NCBI GenBank assembly: GCA_938083505.1
Contig: CALKCF010000001.1
Coordinates: 17,388-81,387, forward strand
DNA: 64,000 bases
DNA from: an uncultured archaeon
Lineage (GTDB): Archaea; Thermoproteota; Nitrososphaeria_A; Caldarchaeales; Wolframiiraptoraceae
Reading direction: 5' to 3'
Position 1 is the first letter of the stretch. Every line of letters starts with the position of its first letter. Shown piece after piece: positions 59,204 through 64,000 of this stretch. The translations under genes were made by a program, and so were the position numbers. The notes under the pieces are model-generated. The model did no database searches and was not told the origin of the DNA. It worked only from the letters and a program-made list of their open reading frames with translations.

Positions 59204-59417
59204 CGCGTCGTCTTTCGGAGATGGCAGGCCTCCCTGCTAGGGCACCCCTCCGTGGGTTTTAATCCCCCAGGTACCCTATGGGCACCTCCCACCCATACCC
59301 AGCTTAGGGACGCTGCCAAGGCGGCCTCTGAAGCACTGGGCATGGGTCGGCGCATACAACATCTGAGGCTTCCCCCAGATGCTGTTTAGCACCGGCCTCT
59401 CCTTTTCCGGACGACGC
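59204..59417. ncRNA. GC-rich structured RNA candidate with paired termini (RNase P-RNA-like or another stable RNA)
   Basis: An abrupt GC-rich island lies in an AT-rich intergenic region with no ORF. Positions 59204-59211 (GCGTCGTC) pair with 59410-59417 (GACGACGC), followed by a CGGA/TCCG extension. An internal hairpin CATCTG...CAGATG is present, and a TAGGGCA motif resembles RNase P conserved region I. Confidence 0.45.
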
Positions 59418-59676
59418 AAATTGTTGTATAGCTTAATGTTAATTTATACATTTCACTCTAAAATAGTAAAAGCATTACTTCATAATTGTAACGAGGAAAA
59501 ATGTTTTTGAAAATTTTATTAAAAATAACCATTAATAAAATCTTAAAAGCTCAATCCAAATTCTAAATTAGCCAAATTCGCAAGATTGTCATATTTTATT
59601 TGTAACGTCTTCCTAATTCTTGAAAAATATGACAACAACCTTCTCGAATTACCAAATAAATTCTGATCTTGTCGAT

Positions 59677-60747
59677 TTATGCGACTACTTTTACTTTTTC
59701 TTTATAAAGACGTCTTCTAAACCAAAGCGCCACGTTTACCAACGAAATCATCACGGGAACTTCTATCAAGGGGCCGATAACCGTTGCAAAAGCTTCCTTG
59801 GAAGCTAAGCCGAAAACGGATACGGATACGGCTATCGCAAGGTCAAAGTTGTTGCTCGCGGCCGTAAAAGCCAGGGAAGTGACCCTACTGTAATCAAGGC
59901 CTGATTTATAACCAATTAGGAAGGATAGGAGGAACATTATAACAAAGTAGGAAAGTAGTGGTATTGCCACCCTCACAACGTCCATTGGAAGGGTGATTAT
60001 GTACTCACCTTTTAAGGAGAACATTACGATGATTGTAAACAACAGGGCAAAAAGAGATGTTGGTCCAAGTCTTGGCATAAGAATTTTATCATACCATTCT
60101 CTTCCTTTCTTTTTAAGGAAATAGAAACGTGTAATAATTCCACCAAAGAATGGAATGCCGAGGTATACGAGAACCGACGTAGCAACTTCTATAAAGGATA
60201 TTTCAACTAACGTGCCAGTGCCAGCAATCCAAGAACTTGCGAGGGTGATATAGAAGTAAGCGTAGACGGAATAGAAAGCTGTCTGGAATACCGAGTTTAA
60301 GGCGACGAGTATAGCAGCCCACTCCCTATCACCGTCAGCAAGATCGTTCCAGACGATGACCATAGCTATGCACCTTGCTAAACCCACTAGAATTACGCCA
60401 TTTCTGAATTCAGGGTAATCTGCGAGGAATACCCATGCAAGAACGAACATAAGAAACGGGCCCACCAAGTAGTTGAGTATAAGCGACTCTGTAACCATGG
60501 TTTTCGAGCCTCCAGCCGTGACGATCTTCCTAAGCTCTTCATACCTTACCTTGGCAAGGGACGGATACATCATCCAAATTAGACCTATCGCTATAGGGAT
60601 AGAAGTAGTGCCTATGCTTAACTGGCCCAGTATATCAGCGATACTTGAAAAGACGTAACCCAAGCTTATGCCGATTATCATTGCTAAAAAAATCCAAAGC
60701 GTTAGAAACTTGCTCAAGATTGGGAGGCCAGTTTTTTGTTCGGTCAT
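59677..60747 (-). CDS. acr3: arsenite efflux transporter, ACR3 family
   Basis: 356 aa with 10 TM helices. The N-terminal LSKFLTLWIFLAMIIGISLGY pattern is typical of ACR3. Confidence 0.8.
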   Translation of the reverse strand: MTEQKTGLPILSKFLTLWIFLAMIIGISLGYVFSSIADILGQLSIGTTSIPIAIGLIWMMYPSLAKVRYEELRKIVTAGGSKTMVTESLILNYLVGPFLMFVLAWVFLADYPEFRNGVILVGLARCIAMVIVWNDLADGDREWAAILVALNSVFQTAFYSVYAYFYITLASSWIAGTGTLVEISFIEVATSVLVYLGIPFFGGIITRFYFLKKKGREWYDKILMPRLGPTSLFALLFTIIVMFSLKGEYIITLPMDVVRVAIPLLSYFVIMFLLSFLIGYKSGLDYSRVTSLAFTAASNNFDLAIAVSVSVFGLASKEAFATVIGPLIEVPVMISLVNVALWFRRRLYKEKVKVVA

Positions 60748-60799
60748 ATTATGAGCACCAAGACGTTTTAGGAGTTTTTATCAAGAAACAACACTAATA

Positions 60800-60825
60800 A
60801 CTATATTATAATACTATATTATAAT
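60800..60825. repeat. perfect tandem duplication of 13-nt unit ACTATATTATAAT (x2) upstream of the ACR3 gene
   Basis: Read directly from the sequence. It is A/T-rich and TATA-like. Confidence 0.6.
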
Positions 60826-60945
60826 ACTTTAAATAAAAATAAAAAATATATAAACTCATCATTGAGTTGTTTTTAGATTACGGACTTTAGGAGGAATACT
60901 AGGCAGACTTTTGCTTTATGGATATCTTCGTAACTCGGGAAGCTA

Positions 60946-61029
60946 TGCCGGGGCTGGGATTCGAACCCAGGATGGCCTACGCCAGTGGGTCTTAAGCCCA
61001 CCCCCTTGACCAGGCTCGGGTACCCCGGC
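60946..61029 (-). tRNA. tRNA-Leu (anticodon TAA), class II with long variable arm, intron-less
   Basis: On the reverse complement: acceptor GCCGGGG/CCCCGGC, anticodon loop CUUAAGA, variable arm about 15 nt, T arm CTGGGTTCGAATCCCAG, discriminator A. Confidence 0.85.
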
Positions 61030-61080
61030 CATCATATTACAATAAAACAACAGAGGTGTTATAAGATTTAACTTATGATC

Positions 61081-61845
61081 TTATGCTTGCCGTGTGTAAA
61101 GCTCGGTAACCTTTACCCTCTCTATGCCTTGTATATTCTCTTGAATTTCTTTGGCTATTAGTCTCTTGGCTATCTGTAAGTTTGGCAGAAGATATGCCTC
61201 TTCCGGCATAGTGATAACCACTTCCGGTGGTGCAAATTCAATAGTGAATTTTTGAAGATCCACGTCTGGTAACCTATTATGTATTATCTGCTGGATCTTT
61301 TCCTTGTCATTCGTTATGAGTTTCCTTATAGTGACGTTGCAGACGAGTGTCTTGCCAGCAAGGTATGGGTTAAAGTCCACCTGAACTCTTCCAGAACCTA
61401 TAGAACGTATTATGCCCTCCTTTCCATCGATGTTGACCTTAGCACCTATGACTAGTGGTGTTTCGACGTCCTTAAACCTTCTGATTGGGTAAACCTTAAC
61501 TTTTGTTGGGTCTCTCTGACCAAAGGCCTTTTCCGGCGATATTTCAAACGTCTTGGACTCACCAACAGACATTGTGATTAATTCGTCTTCAATTGCCTTG
61601 AGCAACATGCCCTTACCGATTATTACTAATCTAGGTTCGTAAAGCCTTGAGGCATCATAGATGCCTGCCTCCCTCGCTTCCTCCTCTGAAGTTGTATCAA
61701 CTAGTTCACCAGTTTCTTTTACCCTTATAGTATAGTCTACCAAAAGGAAGCTGCCTGGAGATAAGCTAGACTTTGTGACCTCTTGTGCCTGCCTCTCGTC
61801 AGCACTTTCTTTTTCTTCAGGAGTTTCTAAACCTTCTGGGGACAT
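61081..61845 (-). CDS. FKBP-type peptidyl-prolyl cis-trans isomerase, long archaeal form with C-terminal domain
   Basis: The FKBP core (FLLVDYTIRVKETGELVDTT ... NPYLAGKTL) follows an acidic N-terminal tail. Confidence 0.75.
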   Translation of the reverse strand: MSPEGLETPEEKESADERQAQEVTKSSLSPGSFLLVDYTIRVKETGELVDTTSEEEAREAGIYDASRLYEPRLVIIGKGMLLKAIEDELITMSVGESKTFEISPEKAFGQRDPTKVKVYPIRRFKDVETPLVIGAKVNIDGKEGIIRSIGSGRVQVDFNPYLAGKTLVCNVTIRKLITNDKEKIQQIIHNRLPDVDLQKFTIEFAPPEVVITMPEEAYLLPNLQIAKRLIAKEIQENIQGIERVKVTELYTRQA

Positions 61846-61967
61846 CTCTCAACTTTTTGCTTAATGGCTTTTATTAAAGTGTTAACATGCAAACATTTTT
61901 ATTTTGGTAGAATTATAAACCTTATGGCTTTATGCATAAAGCCATAGAGAAGTTATTGGACTAATAG

Positions 61968-62648
61968 TTGGTGTCCAAGACGATGTTTGAGTACGAAATG
62001 AGTAGAAACAAACTCTTGAAGACTGGGACCACGACAGTAGGTATAGTTGTAAAAGATGCCGTAGTTTTCGCTACAGACACTAGGGTTACAGCAGGTTATT
62101 TTATAGCCCATAAAAAAGGAAAGAAGGTATTCCCATTAGCGGACCATGTAGCGATAACGATTGCGGGTAGGGTCGCTGATGCACAAAACATTATAGACGT
62201 ACTCCGCACTAACATCAACTATTATCAGATCCAATGGACAAGACGTATGGAGATAGCGTCTGTAGCTAGGCTCGCCTCAAACATTCTATTCAATAATAGG
62301 TACTTCCCATTAATAGCACAGTTGATAATAGGTGGTGTGGATGACCAAGGACCACATCTATATAACCTAGACCCAACGGGCTCTATGACCGAGGAGCTTA
62401 TGATCGCAACAGGCTCAGGCTCCCCTATCGCATATGGCATAATCGAGTCGAGCTACAGACCAGACTTAAAGCTTGAGGATGGTATTAAGTTAGCCTTTAA
62501 GAGTGTTGCGTCAGCTATCAAGAGGGATATTGGCACAGGGGACAGTATTGACGTTGTGTATATTACTACTACCAAACCATATACCGAGTTAACACTCGAA
62601 GAGAAGTTACCACTTTATGAGGAGTTTCTGAAAGTCAGTGTTAAATAA
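61968..62648 (+). CDS. psmB: proteasome beta subunit
   Basis: A propeptide is followed by the catalytic TTTVG N-terminus. The Ntn-hydrolase fold is present. Confidence 0.9.
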   Translation: MVSKTMFEYEMSRNKLLKTGTTTVGIVVKDAVVFATDTRVTAGYFIAHKKGKKVFPLADHVAITIAGRVADAQNIIDVLRTNINYYQIQWTRRMEIASVARLASNILFNNRYFPLIAQLIIGGVDDQGPHLYNLDPTGSMTEELMIATGSGSPIAYGIIESSYRPDLKLEDGIKLAFKSVASAIKRDIGTGDSIDVVYITTTKPYTELTLEEKLPLYEEFLKVSVK

Positions 62649-62668
62649 AATAGTCCAGGTGCAATAGG

Positions 62669-63999
62669 TTGAGTGCAGCAGATAGGCTCAGAGCAGAGAT
62701 ATTAAGATATTTCTCTGTAGTTAGCCCTAGGGAGGCGGCTATTACAAAAGTTGAGTACGAAGGGACGAGGCTCGCTATATACACTAAGAATCCTGAGTTG
62801 TTCGCGGAAAGGGACCAGATCGCAAAAGACCTCGTGAACATGCTTAAGAAACGCGTGATCATAAGGTCCGACCCAGCAATAAGATTGCCTCAGGAGGAAG
62901 TGGAAAAGATGCTCAAATCAACCTTTGGCGAAGATGCCACTGTCTTCTTCGATGATATTTTAGGGGAAGCTATAGTTGAAGTTAAGGAGCTTAACACCAA
63001 CAAAAATGGGGAGAAAATCAAGAATGTTTGTAAGGTAACGGGTTGGCATGTAAAAGTATTAAGGAAAACGTTAATACCTTCAAAGACAATCGAGAAGATT
63101 AACCAATACCTTTATAAAGATTCGGATAAGAGGCTCGGCATATTAAGAACAATAGGTGAAAGAGTATTTGCAACACAAACTTTTAGAACCAGCGACGTAA
63201 CGCTCACAACACTCGGCTCCGGAAGGCAAGTTGGAAGGTCCGCCATATTGCTTCAGACCAATGAGAGCAAGATATTGTTGGACTGTGGTGTTGCCCTTGG
63301 TGCTGTAAGCAAGCTCGATATGTTACCTAGATTTGATGCCTACCCTTCAATCTTTAATGAACTTGATGCCGTAATAGCAACACATGCACACCTCGACCAC
63401 ACTGGCGCCATACCTTACCTGTTCAAGTATGGTTACAGAGGGCCTGTTTATTGTACTGAACCAACATTGCCTCTTATGACTATGGAGCAGTTAGACTTTA
63501 TTAATGTCGCAGAAAAGGAGGGGTTATTTCCGCTATACAATGAGAATGACGTAAAAACGGCAGTCCAGCATACTATAACCCTAAAATACGGTAGCGTTAC
63601 AAGCGTAACACCAGATATAAGGGTAACAATGTACAATGCTGGACACATACTGGGCTCTTCAGTTGTTCATATACATATAGGTGAGGGGCTATACAACATC
63701 GTTTACACTAGCGACTTTAAATTTGAAAAGAGTAGGACACTAGATGCATGTGTTCATAAATTCTTAAGGGCAGAGACCTTGATAATGGAGAGCACGTATG
63801 GTGCGACGCCCCTACCATTTACTAGAGAAGAAAGCGAGGCATTGTTGGCCGGCTATATAAAGCAGACGGTAGAGGCTGGTGGGAAAGTGCTGATACCCGT
63901 ACCGGCCGTCGGTAGAGCTCAAGAGATAATGCTCGTCCTTAATGATCTTTTAAACTCAAAGAGTATACCAGAAGTACCCATTTACTTAGATGGTCTCGT
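62669..63999 (+). CDS. aCPSF1-type ribonuclease (KH domains, metallo-beta-lactamase, beta-CASP), 3' end cut by window edge
   Basis: TTG start. The KH-like N-terminal region is followed by the HAHLDHTG metallo-beta-lactamase motif. The ORF is open to the end of the window. Confidence 0.8.
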   Translation, partial: MSAADRLRAEILRYFSVVSPREAAITKVEYEGTRLAIYTKNPELFAERDQIAKDLVNMLKKRVIIRSDPAIRLPQEEVEKMLKSTFGEDATVFFDDILGEAIVEVKELNTNKNGEKIKNVCKVTGWHVKVLRKTLIPSKTIEKINQYLYKDSDKRLGILRTIGERVFATQTFRTSDVTLTTLGSGRQVGRSAILLQTNESKILLDCGVALGAVSKLDMLPRFDAYPSIFNELDAVIATHAHLDHTGAIPYLFKYGYRGPVYCTEPTLPLMTMEQLDFINVAEKEGLFPLYNENDVKTAVQHTITLKYGSVTSVTPDIRVTMYNAGHILGSSVVHIHIGEGLYNIVYTSDFKFEKSRTLDACVHKFLRAETLIMESTYGATPLPFTREESEALLAGYIKQTVEAGGKVLIPVPAVGRAQEIMLVLNDLLNSKSIPEVPIYLDGL

Positions 64000-64000
64000 C

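Noticed and set aside
59204-59417. Possibility that the GC-rich island is a tRNA or a C/D-box sRNA
   Set aside because: No cloverleaf could be folded (a T-loop-like GGGTTTTAATCCC lacks partner arms). No RUGAUGA/CUGA box pair was found. Its size fits a larger structured RNA.
56275-61080. Integrated mobile element carrying copA and acr3 next to tRNA-Leu
   Set aside because: No integrase, transposase or repeated tRNA fragment is visible in the window. I kept it only as a low-confidence finding, not as a mobile-element feature.

Overview
This window reads as a chromosomal segment from an archaeon, probably a thermophilic, anaerobic or microaerophilic one. The evidence is archaeal translation and transcription markers (L10e, L21e, Rpo4/F, Pus10, SRP54, aCPSF1, RtcB, aRF1-like, proteasome beta) and hyperthermophile-type metabolism (AOR, PEP synthase, protein disulfide oxidoreductase, class II RNR). 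About 60 protein genes are dense on both strands, plus two intron-less tRNAs (Met-CAT on +, Leu-TAA on -). No CRISPR array, integrase or transposase is visible.

Identifiable blocks are:
- aRF1 fragment, rpiA, tRNA-Met.
- AOR plus a MoaD/SAMP-like Gly-Gly protein.
- Class II RNR and an orphan NuoN/MrpD-like subunit.
- A minus-strand array thiDN, P-loop NTPase, ECF-S-like membrane protein, GtrA, nfo.
- An HdrE/HdrD-like membrane Fe-S oxidoreductase followed by etfBA.
- CDC48, RtcB, a PurM-like protein, MobA.
- A long co-directional operon: aspartate kinase, aspartate-semialdehyde dehydrogenase, ADH synthase, archaeal DHQ synthase II, aroD, aroE, aroK, aroA, then feoAB.
- A sarcosine-oxidase-like alpha/beta flavoenzyme pair.
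- Heme O synthase, PDO, RNase HI, ppsA.
- The conserved L10e, DUF655, rpoF, L21e, pus10, srp54 cluster.
- A metal-resistance stretch (TRASH-CopA, ACR3) next to tRNA-Leu, then FKBP, psmB, aCPSF1.

The most unusual region is about 47.5 to 52.6 kb. It holds two tandem paralogous pol-beta-superfamily nucleotidyltransferase-domain proteins. Their 3' ends converge on, and overlap, a 549-aa protein that fuses an ANT/KNTase-like nucleotidyltransferase domain to a protein-kinase-like (APH/Kdo-kinase-like) domain. That fusion gene is divergently paired with a TldD/PmbA-family peptidase gene. I cannot place these three nucleotidyltransferase proteins in a characterised family from sequence alone, so this locus is the best candidate for an undescribed nucleotide-signalling or macromolecule-modification module.

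A second notable element is a discrete ~214-nt GC-rich intergenic island (59204-59417) whose two ends can pair into a closing helix. It is probably a structured RNA (RNase P-RNA-like or other) that a covariance search could identify.
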